From: Eukaryota sp. GEM-RC1
Taxonomy: Eukaryota
DNA: 64,000 nucleotides
Direction: 5' to 3'
Assembly (NCBI GenBank): GCA_040285855.1
Contig: JAUFOQ010000013.1
Location: 1,488,001 to 1,552,000 of the forward strand
Shown here: piece after piece, positions 38,450 to 50,679 of the stretch
Layout: each line of letters starts with the position of its first letter
Numbering within the stretch: the first letter of the stretch is position 1
Made by a program: the position numbers and the translations under genes
Notes under the pieces: model-generated
Seen by the model: only the letters and a program-made list of their open reading frames with translations
Told to the model about the DNA's origin: nothing
Database searches by the model: none

Positions 38450-38720
38450 ATAATCGTAATTATTTTTAAGGATTTTGAAGAACTTTGTACAGAAAAGAAG
38501 TGTCAGTTTTGGATGTCTGAATGGAAAAACCGTGTTGTGTTTTCCATTTATCGGAACGTCTCTTTCTATTTCTCTCATTTAGTTGATAAACTTGACAAGT
38601 TTGGCGTGAAGGTTAATGCCGGAAAACGGAATCTTTTACTGGATAAGGATGAAGTCATTTGGATTTAGTCTTAGTTATATTCTTTGGATTTACAAATTGA
38701 TATTTTTGTAGGAAGGATAC
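38450..38720 (+). mobile_element. RLE retrotransposon 3' fragment, family D (related pieces at about 35810-35930 and 57465-57700)
   Basis: KDFEELC..WKNRVVFSIYR resembles the C-termini of families A-C; ggatgaagtc.tttggatttagtcttag 3' sequence is shared across the three sites. Confidence 0.65.
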
Positions 38721-39279
38721 CTTTTTGGCTGTCGAATTAAATCTATAAATTATGAACTTTGACCATTTCTTACAAAGAGTTTAGAAGTATTGTCATCCTA
38801 TATGAAGACTGTACGATCAGTTCTGATCATTGTTTATGGTGTCGGGTTACATACACCACCGACATTTTTGTACCTTTCATCGTCACCGTAATATTTGTGT
38901 TTTAATATATTTTAATATTCTTTGTGGTATATCAATGAGCCCTCAGTGAGTCGTTGTGCTTGATCATTTCACAATTCTTTCTGGTTATCGAAGTGTTCGT
39001 GAAGTAATTGAGTCGTCCTCTTACCGGACCCTGTTCTTGGTCTATGAACTAATGACACTGTTGTAACAAATGAATGTGGGTCTTCCAGTATGTATACAGA
39101 AATGCTGATGATCATCGTTTATCATTCAAAATAGACTCTTCAATTCTAGAATATGGAGGTCAACAAACGTGCACTGAATCCCTCCATCAGATCTTGTAAT
39201 TATAATTACACTTACAAAACAGCAATAATGGCACAAAACTAACAAAAACATAACAGCTCAAACAAGATTTATTCATTGT

Positions 39280-40007
39280 TTACAATTCTTCATCATAAAC
39301 CTTCTTCAAATCAAAGCAAGGTTCGTCAGTTCTGTGACAAACCATGGGATCTTGCCAGAACTTGCAGTAACTACAGGGAGGACACTTGGTCTTGGGTAAC
39401 AATTTGATACACCACTTGGGAAGTTGAAGTACAAGTTTTTGGTCAAAGAGAGATTTGGGGACAGCTTCAATGAGGTCAAGCTTCATTTCAAGTTGTTCAG
39501 TGTCCTTATCCTTGATGCTAATGATACCCTTGAATCTTCTCCAGCGGAAGAAATGCCAGACAGTCAAGATGACATTGTCGTCCTTGTCAATAGCACCAAC
39601 AACATTCCATCTATATCCTTGCATCCACATAACACCGCGGACGTTACCCTTTCCATCATGATGAAGTTCGGAAGAAACTGGCCATTTAGCAATAACCTTT
39701 TCAGTTTTGGGAGCAAAGTGATACTTGAATCCTCTCCAGTCACCGGTACCTTCCAAGACATCAAAGCGACGATCAGACCAAGGATAACGAGGGCAAATAG
39801 GACGTCCATCACAAGGAATATCTAATCCTTGACAAACGGGAATGTGAAGCCAATGTTTGCAGTAAGATTCAGGATCGAACTTTTGACAGAATTCGTCACC
39901 GTTGACAGGAGGTTCGGGTTCGTGGTGATGGGCAAATGCCACCAAGACAATCGCAGAGCTAATGTTAGAATTCTAAGTTCAACTTACAGTATCAGAAGGA
40001 CTTTCAT
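39280..40007 (-). CDS. Secreted Cys/Trp-rich protein, copy 1 (232 aa)
   Basis: Exon 1 MKVLLIL and 29-nt GTAAGT..CTAAC..TAG intron (39987-39959) create signal peptide MKVLLILSAIVLVAFA; two SYCKxW..VC..PC modules. Confidence 0.9.
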
Positions 40008-40333
40008 CTCAAAGAAGTCAAGGTTATTGGAGAAGTGGTAAGAATCTGCTGTTAAAGGGTTACTGTAGACTAGCTGTAAGTTATTTTACAGCTCTACAAT
40101 GCATTTTTGTCAATTCAAATTGTGCAATTTCAATTTCTATACTGGTGCTCAGTATTGAAACAGTCACACACTGATAAATCGAGCAGATTCACATCCCAAA
40201 ACAACAAGAAATCCACAATATACATCATCTTACAAACTGATGATCAAGTTTGTAATTATAATTATTCTTACAAAATAGCAATAATTTTCCAAAACTAAAA
40301 AACCTAACAGCTCAAACACGATTTATTCACTGT

Positions 40334-41061
40334 TTACAATTCTTCATCATAAACCTTCTTCAAATCAAAGCAAGGTTCATCAGTTCTGTGACAAACCATG
40401 GGATCTTGCCAGAACTTGCAGTAACTACAGGGAGGACATTTAGTCTTGGGCAACAATTTGATACACCATTTGGGAAGTTGAAGTACAAGTTTTTGGTCAA
40501 AGAGAGACTTGGGGACAGCTTCAATGAGGTCAAGCTTCATTTCAAGTTGTTCAGTGTCCTTATCCTTGATGCTGATGATACCCTTGAATCTTCTCCAGCG
40601 GAAGAAATGCCAGACAGTTAAGATGACGTTGTCGTCCTTGTCAATAGCACCAACAACATTCCACCTATAACCTTGCATCCACATAACACCGCGAACGTTG
40701 CCCTTTCCATCATGATGAAGTTCGGAAGAAACTGGCCATTTAGCAATAACCTTTTCAGTTTTGGGAGCAAAGTGATACTTGAATCCTCTCCAGTCACCGG
40801 TACCTTCCAAAACATCAAAGCGACGATCAGACCAAGGATAACGAGGGCAAATGGGACGTCCATCACAAGGAATATCTAATCCTTGACAAACGGGAATGTG
40901 AAGCCAATGTTTGCAGTAAGATTCAGGATCGAACTTTTGACAGAATTCGTCACCATTGACAGGAGGTTCGGGTTCGTGGTGATGAGCAAATGCCACCAAG
41001 ACAATCGCAGAGCTAATGTTAGAATTCTAAGTTCAACTTACAGTATCAGAAGGACTTTCAT
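40334..41061 (-). CDS. Secreted Cys/Trp-rich protein, copy 2
   Basis: Same structure and same translated protein as copy 1. Confidence 0.9.
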
Positions 41062-41393
41062 CTCAAAGAAGTCAAGATTATTGGAGAAGTGGTAAGAATC
41101 TGCTGTTAAAGGGTTACTGTAGACTAGCTGTAAGTTATTTTACAGCTCTACAATGCATTATTGTCGATTAAAATTGCGGTTTCAATTTCTATACTGGAAC
41201 TGTGCTCAGTATTGAAACTGTCTCACACTGATAAAGCGAGCAGATTCACATCCCAAAACAACAAGAAATCTACAATAAACATCATCTTGAAAAACTGATG
41301 ATCAAGTTTGTAATTATAAATATTCTTACAAAATCGCAATAATGGTACAAAACTAACAAAAACATAACAGCTCAAACATGATTTATTCATTGT

Positions 41394-42121
41394 TTACAAT
41401 TCTTCATCATAAACCTTCTTCAAATCAAAGCAAGGTTCGTCAGTTCTGTGACAAACCATGGGATCTTGCCAGAACTTGCAGTAACTGCAGGGAGGGCATT
41501 TAGTCTTGGGCAACAATTTGATGCACCATTTGGGAAGTTGAAGAACAAGTTTTTGGTCAAAGAGAGACTTGGGGACAGCTTCAATGAGGTCAAGCTTCAT
41601 TTCAAGTTGTTCAGTGTCCTTATCCTTGATGCTGATGATACCATTGAATCTTCTCCAGCGGAAGAAATGCCAGACAGTTAAGATGACGTTGTCGTCCTTG
41701 TCAATAGCACCAACAACATTCCATCTATAACCTTGCATCCACATAACACCGCGAACGTTACCCTTTCCATCATGATGAAGTTCGGAAGAAACTGGCCATT
41801 TAGCAATAACCTTTTCAGTTTTGGGAGCAAAGTGATACTTGAATCCTCTCCAGTCACCGGTACCTTCTAAAACATCAAAGCGACGATCAGACCAAGGATA
41901 ACGAGGGCAAATGGGACGTCCATCACAAGGAATATCTAATCCTTGACAAACGGGAATGTGAAGCCAATGTTTGCAGTAAGATTCAGGATCGAACTTTTGA
42001 CAGAATTCGTCACCGTTGACAGGAGGTTCGGGTTCGTGGTGATGGGCAAATGCCACCAAGACAATCGCAGAGCTGATGTTAGAATTGGAGGTTCAACTTA
42101 CAGTATCAGAAGGACTTTCAT
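41394..42121 (-). CDS. Secreted Cys/Trp-rich protein, copy 3
   Basis: One amino-acid change (K>N); intron interior diverged but splice signals kept. Confidence 0.9.
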
Positions 42122-42450
42122 CTCAAAGAAGTCAAGATTATTGGAGAAGTGGTAAGAATCTTCTATAAAGGGCAACTGTAGACAAACTGTAAGTTATTTT
42201 ACAGCTTTACAATGCATTTTTGTTGATTCAAATTCTACAATTTCAATTTCTTTACTGGACTGTGCTCAGTATTGAAACAGTCTCACACTGATAAAGCGAG
42301 CAGATTCACATCCCGCAACAAGAAATCCACAATAAACATCATCTGGAAAAACTGATGATCAAGTTTGTAATTATAATTATTCTTACAAAATAGCAATAAT
42401 GGTACAAAACTAACAAAAACATAACAGCTCAAACACGATTTATTCATTGT

Positions 42451-43178
42451 TTACAATTCTTCATCATAAACCTTCTTCAAATCAAAGCAAGGTTCGTCAG
42501 TTCTGTGACAAACCATGGGATCTTGCCAGAACTTGCAGTAACTACAGGGAGGACATTTAGTCTTGGGCAACAATTTGATGCACCATTTGGGAAGTTGAAG
42601 AACAAGTTTTTGATCAAAGAGAGATTTGGGGACAGCTTCAATGAGGTCAAGCTTCATTTCAAGTTGTTCAGTGTCCTTATCCTTGATGCTGATGATACCC
42701 TTGAATCTTCTCCAGCGGAAGAAATGCCAGACAGTTAAGATGACGTTGTCGTCCTTGTCAATAGCACCAACAACATTCCATCTATAACCTTGCATCCACA
42801 TAACACCGCGGAGGTTACCCTTTCCATCATGATGAAGTTCGGAAGAAACTGGCCATTTAGCAATAACCTTATCAGTTTTGGGAGCAAAGTGATACTTGAA
42901 TCCTCTCCAGTCACCGTTTCCTTCCAAGACATCAAAGCGACGATCAGACCAAGGATAACGAGGGCAAATGGGACGTCCATCACAAGGAATATCTAATCCT
43001 TGACAAACGGGAATGTGAAGCCAATGTTTGCAGTAAGATTCAGGATCGAACTTTTGACAGAATTCGTCACCGTTGACAGGAGGTTCGGGTTCGTGGTGAT
43101 GGGCAAATGCCACCAAGACAATCGCAGAGCTAATGTTAGAATTCTAAGTTCAACTTACAGTATCAGAAGGACTTTCAT
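42451..43178 (-). CDS. Secreted Cys/Trp-rich protein, copy 4
   Basis: Three amino-acid changes versus copy 1. Confidence 0.9.
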
Positions 43179-43505
43179 CTCAAAGAAGTCAAGGTTATTG
43201 GAGAAACGGTAAGAATCTGCTGTTAAAGGGTTACTGTAGACTAGCTGTAAGTTAATTTACAGCTCTACAATGCATTTTTGTCGATTCAAATGGTGCAATT
43301 TCAATTTCTATACTGGAACTGTGCTCAGTATTGAAACAGTCTCACACTGATAAAGCGAGCAGATTCACATCCCAAAACAACAAAAAATGCACAAAAAACA
43401 TCATGTGAAAAACTGACGATAAACTCTTCAATTATTCTTCCAAAATAACAGAAATGTAACAATACTAACAAAAACATAACAGCTCAAACACGATTTATTC
43501 ATTGT

Positions 43506-44233
43506 TTACAATTCTTCATCATAAATCTTCTTCAAATCAAAGCAAGGTTCGTCAGTTCTGTGACAAACCATGGGATCTTGCCAGAACTTGCAGTAACTAC
43601 AGGGAGGACATTTAGTCTTGGGCAACAATTTGATGCACCATTTGGGAAGTTGAAGAACAAGTTTTTGGTCAAAGAGAGATTTGGGGACAGCTTCAATGAG
43701 GTCAAGCTTCATTTCAAGTTGTTCAGTGTCTTTATCCTTGATGCTGATGATACCCTTGAATCTTCTCCAGCGGAAGAAATGCCAGACAGTTAAGATGACA
43801 TTGTCGTCCTTGTCAATGACACCAACAACATTCCATCTATATCCTTGCATCCACATAACACCACGAACGTTACCCTTTCCATCATGATGAAGTTCGGAAG
43901 AAACTGGCCATTTAGCAATAACCTTGTCAGTTTTGGGAGCAAAGTGATACTTGAATCCTCTCCAGTCACCGGTACCTTCCAAGACATCAAAGCGACGATC
44001 AGACCAAGGATAACGAGGGCAAATGGGACGTCCATCACAAGGAATATCTAATCCTTGACAAACGGGAATGTGAAGCCAATGTTTGCAGTAAGATTCAGGA
44101 TCGAACTTTTGACAGAATTCGTCACCGTTGACAGGAGGTTCGGGTTCGTGGTGATGAGCAAATGCCACCAAGACAATCGCAGAGCTAATGTTAGAATTCT
44201 AAGTTCAACTTACAGTATCAGAAGGACTTTCAT
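43506..44233 (-). CDS. Secreted Cys/Trp-rich protein, copy 5
   Basis: Three amino-acid changes versus copy 1. Confidence 0.9.
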
Positions 44234-45004
44234 CTCAAAGAAGTCAAGGTTATTGGAGAAACGGTAAGAATCTGCTGTTAAAGGGTTACTGTAGACTAGC
44301 TGTAAGTTAGTTTACAGCTCTACAATGCATTTTTGTCTATTCAAATTGTGCAAATTCAATTTCTATGCTGGAACTGTGCTCAGTATTGAAACAGTCTCAC
44401 ACTGATAAAGCGAGCAGATTCACATTCCAAACAACAAGAAATCCACGAAAAACATCATCTAGAAAAACTGACGATAAAATCTGCAATTATTCTTACAAAA
44501 TAACAGAAATGTAACAAAACTAACAAAATCATAACAGCTCAAACACGATTTATTCATTGTTTACAATTCTTCATCATAAACCTTCTTCAAATCAAAGCAA
44601 GGTTCGTCAGTTCTGTGACAAACCATGGGATCTTGCCAGAACTTGCAGTAACTACAGGAAACTAAAACAAACAACTTTCAAAAATCGAGAATAATACTCC
44701 AAATTAATAACTAAATTTGTCAAAAAACTAATTGTCAATTGTAGACTAAAGCGAATTTGAAACAACGAAATAAAGTTTAAAATTTGGAGTTAAATGAAAA
44801 ATGTGTTGACATTATGTTGATTAACAACAATCAATATAAACGCGATATAGAAAATCTCATCAGAAAAGGCTCCAGATCAGAATCACGTCATCATTCAATC
44901 ACATAAACTACTTCTTGTTTGATTAAACACCTCATATGAAGGTATTTGATAGATAGATAACCAAACCCATTTTACTTAATAAAAATTAAAACATTAATTA
45001 ACAC

Positions 45005-47524
45005 TTAATCATTTAAAACAAAAGATTTAAGCTGTTCAACAACAAGAGAATCAAGCAAATCACAATGAATATTGATCCAATTATGAACAATAGAAACAAC
45101 TTTCAAATTATCAGCAATCTGTAAATCGAGTCCGCACAGCAAACTTAAAATTGAATTAATTGAAGAAACTCTGTTTTCAAAAATTAAATTTTTCGACAAT
45201 AATTTAAGATCAGCCAATAATAAATCAAGACTGGAAATCAACTCAAGTAATCTATTTCCACTAACTGCAAAGTCCTGGGAAGTCATCAGAAAGAGCTCAA
45301 TCAATTTAAGCGCTTTCAGTGAACAATTCTGATGGTCACTGGTAATTAAATAAAACATGGAATTCCAAATTTTTGCAATTAATTGAAGAATATTAAAAGG
45401 ATCGTGAGACAGAATAGAAAAACAACAGTACAAGATATCCAAAGTTAAACACTTTTCCAAAAACGATGGTGAATCCAACATGAAATCCACTCCTTCAATT
45501 AAGATATTTAACAATTTTTGAAATTTTGTACATGATTCTTCTGGGAGATTTCTCCAATCTACCACAACAGATTCTTTAAAAAGAGGCTTGACCAAGGAAT
45601 ATAGTGATCGAAGAAGAGAATCTCGATGATTTTTAAATTCAGACTGTGGAAGACAATTTAAAATTTCATTACCAAAAGACAACAGAAAAGGGAGAATGAA
45701 ATTATCAAAATCTTGTGATTTTTCAGAATTTGTTATTAACTTGAAAAGTCCTGCTACGAATTCCGTGCCAATACGACATTGATTATATCTCAAAGCAGTA
45801 GTTGCTGAATCAAGAATATAATCCAGGTTATCTGTAATTAATTGATGAGATGAAATATTCAAAGTTTCAGCAATATTTAAAAAGAAGTGCTCAGCACACG
45901 AATCCAAAAGAACTAAATCAAATGAAAAACATTCAAGAACAAGAAACACCACCATTGAGAACAACTGATTGAACAAGCTGACGTCAGATGTGATAAAAGA
46001 GGAAAGTGAAAGGGAACATGACGTGATCATAATGAGAAGAGAGTTTAGAGTTCGAGAAAGATTGGAAAAGGTGGAGTTTGGAGTGGATTTGAGAGAAGAA
46101 AGAAGAGAGAGTTGAGAGGAGATGTGTTTGGTTAGTAATTCGAAATATTCAAATATTATGAATTTTTCAAATTTTTGTGTTGATTGATGAGTACATCCGG
46201 CTAAGGAAAATGCGAGAAAAAGAGGATCATTGGTCGAAATATTGTGCAAAACATAAAATTTTAAAGATTCTGGGAGGGAAACTAGAAATTCGAAGAATAT
46301 TTTAGAATTGTCTGGATTTTCAAAAGAATTATGAAGAAAGTCCAGCGAAGTCTGACAGTCAGAAATATTACCGATTCTATGAGATTTAAGTGATAAAAAC
46401 TCTGAATAAACAAGAGAAAGGAAATTTGTAAAGGAAATATCAACTGAAATTTGAAATTTTGATGCTAAGAAGCTTGCTATGGATTGTCTTTGAAAATTTG
46501 AATTGAACACAAGGGTCAATACTTTTAAGAAATTAATATTTGTTAAGGAATTTAAAAAGGAACAGTCGCAATTTGGTGGAAGAAACGAGAATATACAAGA
46601 CTTGGAAGGAAATATGTAGAATATTAAAATATCATGAACAAGGGGTTGAAACGTTTTAAAATTTGTCTCAGAAAGTATTTGGATATTTTGAACATTTTTA
46701 AAAATCAAGTGAGGAGGCAATCAACAGAAGAAAAATGAAGGAGATTAGCTTGAGAGGAAACAACGAGACCGCACAGCAATTATTTAATAAATTTAAAATC
46801 GAACCGAACAGAGTAGAGCTGGAATTAATTGATGAAATTATGTTATGAATTGACCGAAAAAATTAAATAGTAATGGAAAAACTTTGTTTGAAGCAGCATT
46901 TTTCCATGAAAGAGAATAATTAACACAGAATTGGGATTCAGCAATATTGAACTTTTCAATGTTTTCAATATTTGTAATTACGTCTGAGAATTGTTGAACC
47001 GAAACAACAGCATCGTCTTGTAATAAACAAATTAAATTATTTGTGAAAAAGTCCAATATTTTGGAAAGCAACAATCCTCGAGTTGAATGATGACTCATCA
47101 ACTGCTGGCATAATTTCAAAATACCAGCAAAAACCCCTGGAAAGAAAAAACGCCCTAGTTTCAACAGGAAATGAGTTGAACAACAGCTCTAGAGAATCAA
47201 GAGAAGCAGTAGAGATGGAGGAGTTACTGGGAGAAAGAAGACGAATACATGAAGCAATGCAAGATCCTTTCAGTTGTATTGGTAAGCGGTGAGAGGAAAG
47301 GGTGGAGAAGAGAGATAGGATGAGGAGGGTAAGGTCTTCTGAGAGAGTTGTTTCGAGGAAACGTAAAGAACTGCTGCAAGATGGCTTGCAAGTGTTTCTG
47401 AGAGCTCGAGAGAAGATGAGTTGAGTGACTTTAGGTTTGTTTCGAGGAGAACTTTGTCTGTTGCAGTGAAGGAAGACTTGTTGGCAAGAGATGAAAGTGA
47501 CTGCAGGACAGATAGAGACACCAT
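45005..47524 (-). CDS. TTI1: TELO2-interacting protein 1-like HEAT-repeat protein; frameshifted in the assembly
   Basis: FFFPGVFAGILK and LITDNLDYILDSATTALR resemble conserved TTI1 motifs (FLPGI.S.L; L..N.DYL...I...LR). Spread over ORFs 47270, 46838 and 45005; probable ATG at 47524. Confidence 0.6.
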
Positions 47525-48730
47525 GGAAACAGTGAGACTATTGACACAGTTTGAAGCTACAAGATTCTGCTGTGGAAGAATTTCAGAAAAGAATACTCTA
47601 GCTGCATTGTGTGAATTTCTTTTCGGGTGCTTAACACCATTTTCGCTCCAGACTCCTAAAACGTTGTTCACTGTCATTCTTTCTCCTCCTGTGTCATCTG
47701 TTTCGATCTTGTTATGCCTTACGGTAACCTTCCTCAACCTCCTAGTGCAATTGCTGTCATTCAAAACTCGATTGGTTTGATTTGAATTCTTTGAGGTATC
47801 ATACTTCTTTATATACACTTGTTCGTGGATTTCGCTATACGGTTGCTGTGATTTCCTATCACAAAAATAGACACTTCGACTCTCTGACCAGTTTCAGAAA
47901 GGTTTCCGCCTCTTCTGATTCAATGTCAGCCAGATCCATAGACATAACAACTTCCTCAACAGGCACTCGGCTATTTGTCTGGATTGAGGGATTCTCTTCA
48001 ATTTGTCTTATTTTTTTGTAGTTGTTGAAAAACTGTCAGAACGTGTGAACATGAATACCCATTCTTTAAGGGATTAAGATGAACATGATAGGATCTATAC
48101 ATAATAAGAAGTTTTTCAAAAATACAGTGTATTAAAACGTTCTAATATTCGATCGAAAAAATACATAATGAGCTCATTATTAATAACACTCTAGACAAAT
48201 TGATTAACATAGAATCAAAGCGAACATTTACTATACACAACGCTGTCAACTTGATGATTGAGCAAAGAACGAATTCTTAAGTTGAATCTTATGAGATTCA
48301 ATCCAAAGGGACTTCTTCGTCTGGATGGATTAGTTGTTGAAGGAGAAGCGAAGTTTGGATAGAATGTCTTCTCATTAGTAAGTGATTTCCTCATTGGAGA
48401 GCCCTAGGCAAAGACTTGAACATCACAAGGGGAAGCAGGGCTAAAGAAACTGTAAGGGAGATGCTAAGAAACAAGAAGTGGGATGACTGGCAGGAAGTGG
48501 TGGGTGTATGGAAGGAATCTAGAAGGGAAGTTGGCAATAGGATACCGAGAGCAAGTGATGTAGGACTAAGAGAGTCAGAGCATTGCAGATACATAGGATG
48601 AGAAGACCTAGGATTACCAAATGACCGTGTAAGACAAGGCTACAAATTATATAGGTGTGACTATAACAGGGATGGGAAACTCAATATGATGAAAGGAAAG
48701 TGATTATGGTTGACCGGAAACTTCGACACC

Positions 48731-50676
48731 ATGGCACAACCACGTAAGTGTTTCACTCGGTCGTGTGCTCTGAACTCGCTGCTTATACCTTCAGCAGTTC
48801 ACCAGATTCGGTCTGACATTCCTCATGTCACCGAAGTCTGCCATGAAGCTTCTTTGCTTCTTCATTCTTTCCTTGTCACTTTCCCTATAGCGGCCAGAGC
48901 TATTGCGGAACAGGATGTCTGGTATCTCTTTATGACCGTCATCAACAAAAGTACCTTTCCTGCTCCTCAAACTTCGAAAGGACAAAGGCTTTTGTTGAAT
49001 GTCTTCTATGATGGTTTTCTACCAGAGTCCCCTGCTTCTTTTGTTCCTCCTTTTACTTTGGAACACCAAAACTTTTTAATTTCTGAGTGGAATTCTGATA
49101 TACTCACTTATGGGTTACTCCTCCAGAATTTCTTAAACTCCTGGCTAGCCACACAGACCTTTTCTGTGGTGAATAGCCCTAATCTTTCGCAGTGGTTTTC
49201 TTGCCGTTCTCGTCAGTTGGCAGCTAATGTTAAGTCTTCTCTGCCCAAAATATCCAGAGCTTGGATTAAAAATTTTCTATATGCCCATTGTCGGATCATT
49301 GAGACACCTCGTCAATTTTCATCACATCTTCTTTATCTCTTTTATAATCTTCCATTTAATGCTCCTTCTTTTGTTAATGTTTCCATTGACAATCAGTCTG
49401 AAAAAATCTTTTTACTTAACGCTGTCTACTTTATTTTCCATCTTTTCGATAGTTTTCCTGTCTCAGAAGGACTTTTATCTTCTGCTGACCACATAAATGT
49501 TTCTCCTAAAGAAATTCGTGAATTGTTTATCTTTAACCTATCAATTGCACAATTCTTAGAAACTTATTTAAGTGATTTTTCCCATTGTTGGAGACGGCTC
49601 CGACTGATCCCCCTAGCTTCTCACAAAGGGTCAAACATGTTGGATGTACCTCCAAACATCTTCAAAAGCAATGGAAGATTCCCTCCAGCTATAGGCACTA
49701 GGGCCAATCAATTTTCAATTTTGAACCAGAATTTGAAGAAAATTTTCAAAAATTGTCCACATGAAAAATTCAAAATGTGGAAGAAAAGTTATAAAAGAAA
49801 CTACAGAAAGTTAGCTCTCAAATCAAATGGAAATGAGCTTTTGATCACATTTGAACGGACTGAGCCAACCTTGGAGAAAGAAGGAGAGCCGCCAAAAAAG
49901 AAAACAAGGCGGACAAAACTTGAGATGCAGCAAGATCCTAAAGTCAACTGCATCAAATCCATCAATTTAAAAGGATCAAAGAAGAAGCCTCGCCGTCGCC
50001 CTCTAACTGCCCAGGAGATTATTCCTGAAGGCCCATTAGTGGGTGTGGATCTTGGTCAGTCACGTCTTTGTGGTTACTATTTGAATGAAGAAAACCACGG
50101 ACTGATCAAGTGTCCTACAGGCCGCCAGTTTCGAACAAACCCTTCTCCTCACAAAATGTCACCGAACCAATATTCCGTGCAAAATATTCACCTATATTTG
50201 AATCACTGGAATTTGGTAAGAAAACAGGTGTACAATAAGAGTAACCGGTCAAAGTGGAAGTCGATTAAGTTCGACAATCGAAGACGCAGAGAACGCCGCT
50301 TTCGTGAAGCTCTGAATACTTTCCAAGAGATTTCTGGTCATCCAGAGGAATTGTATCTGGCTGTTGGCTCAGCAAACTTTCCTTCCCATTTCCGGAAAGT
50401 TAAAAGATATGGATCAGCTCGATGCTTTCGGAAATGGCTGAATCACCAAAAGGAGTAAAACACTTTCCCACCAGTGAATTCAACACTAGCAAACTGTCAA
50501 GCTGCTGTATGTCACTAAACGAAGCAACCAGATGGTGGCAAATGAGAGTCTGTGCCAACTGCCATCAAGTATATGACAGAGATGTTTCCGCTGCTAAAAA
50601 TATTCAGACTAGGAAGAAAGCAGAGTTGTGGCCTGGAAGATACGTCTGTCCTGAGGTAATGTCGAGGAGAGTCTAA
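48731..50676 (+). CDS. Fanzor1-like (TnpB/Cas12-superfamily) RNA-guided endonuclease, about 648 aa after one A-run correction
   Basis: RuvC-I LVGVDLG, AVGSANF, Fanzor-type RuvC-II SEFNTSK, Zn finger CC..CANC and RuvC-III DRDVSAAKNI. ORFs 48710-50458 and 50422-50676 join (HQK-GVKHF) by adding one A to the A4 run at 50448-50451. Confidence 0.85.
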
Positions 50677-50679
50677 TGG

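Larger units (their letters stand above)
39190..44658 (-). repeat. Tandem array of about 1.055-kb units: 5 complete genes plus a 3' fragment of a sixth
   Basis: ORF stops at 39280, 40334, 41394, 42451 and 43506; partial copy at 44560-44658. Confidence 0.97.

Noticed and set aside
39190..44658. Tandem array as a CRISPR-like or cassette-switching system
   Set aside because: The units are whole near-identical genes with no variable spacers or recombinase.
47530..48600. Minus-strand coding-like fragments upstream of the Fanzor as its transposase
   Set aside because: No DDE, HUH/Y1 or serine-recombinase motif is recognisable and the frames are short and broken.
48281..48730. The frame upstream of the Fanzor is interrupted only by TGA (48338, 48383, 48599, 48701), suggesting a UGA=Trp N-terminal extension
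   Set aside because: The strand is purine-rich, so TGA-only stops can arise by chance. The peptide has no recognisable domain and conserved genes here use TGG for Trp. Revisit only if UGA readthrough is shown.
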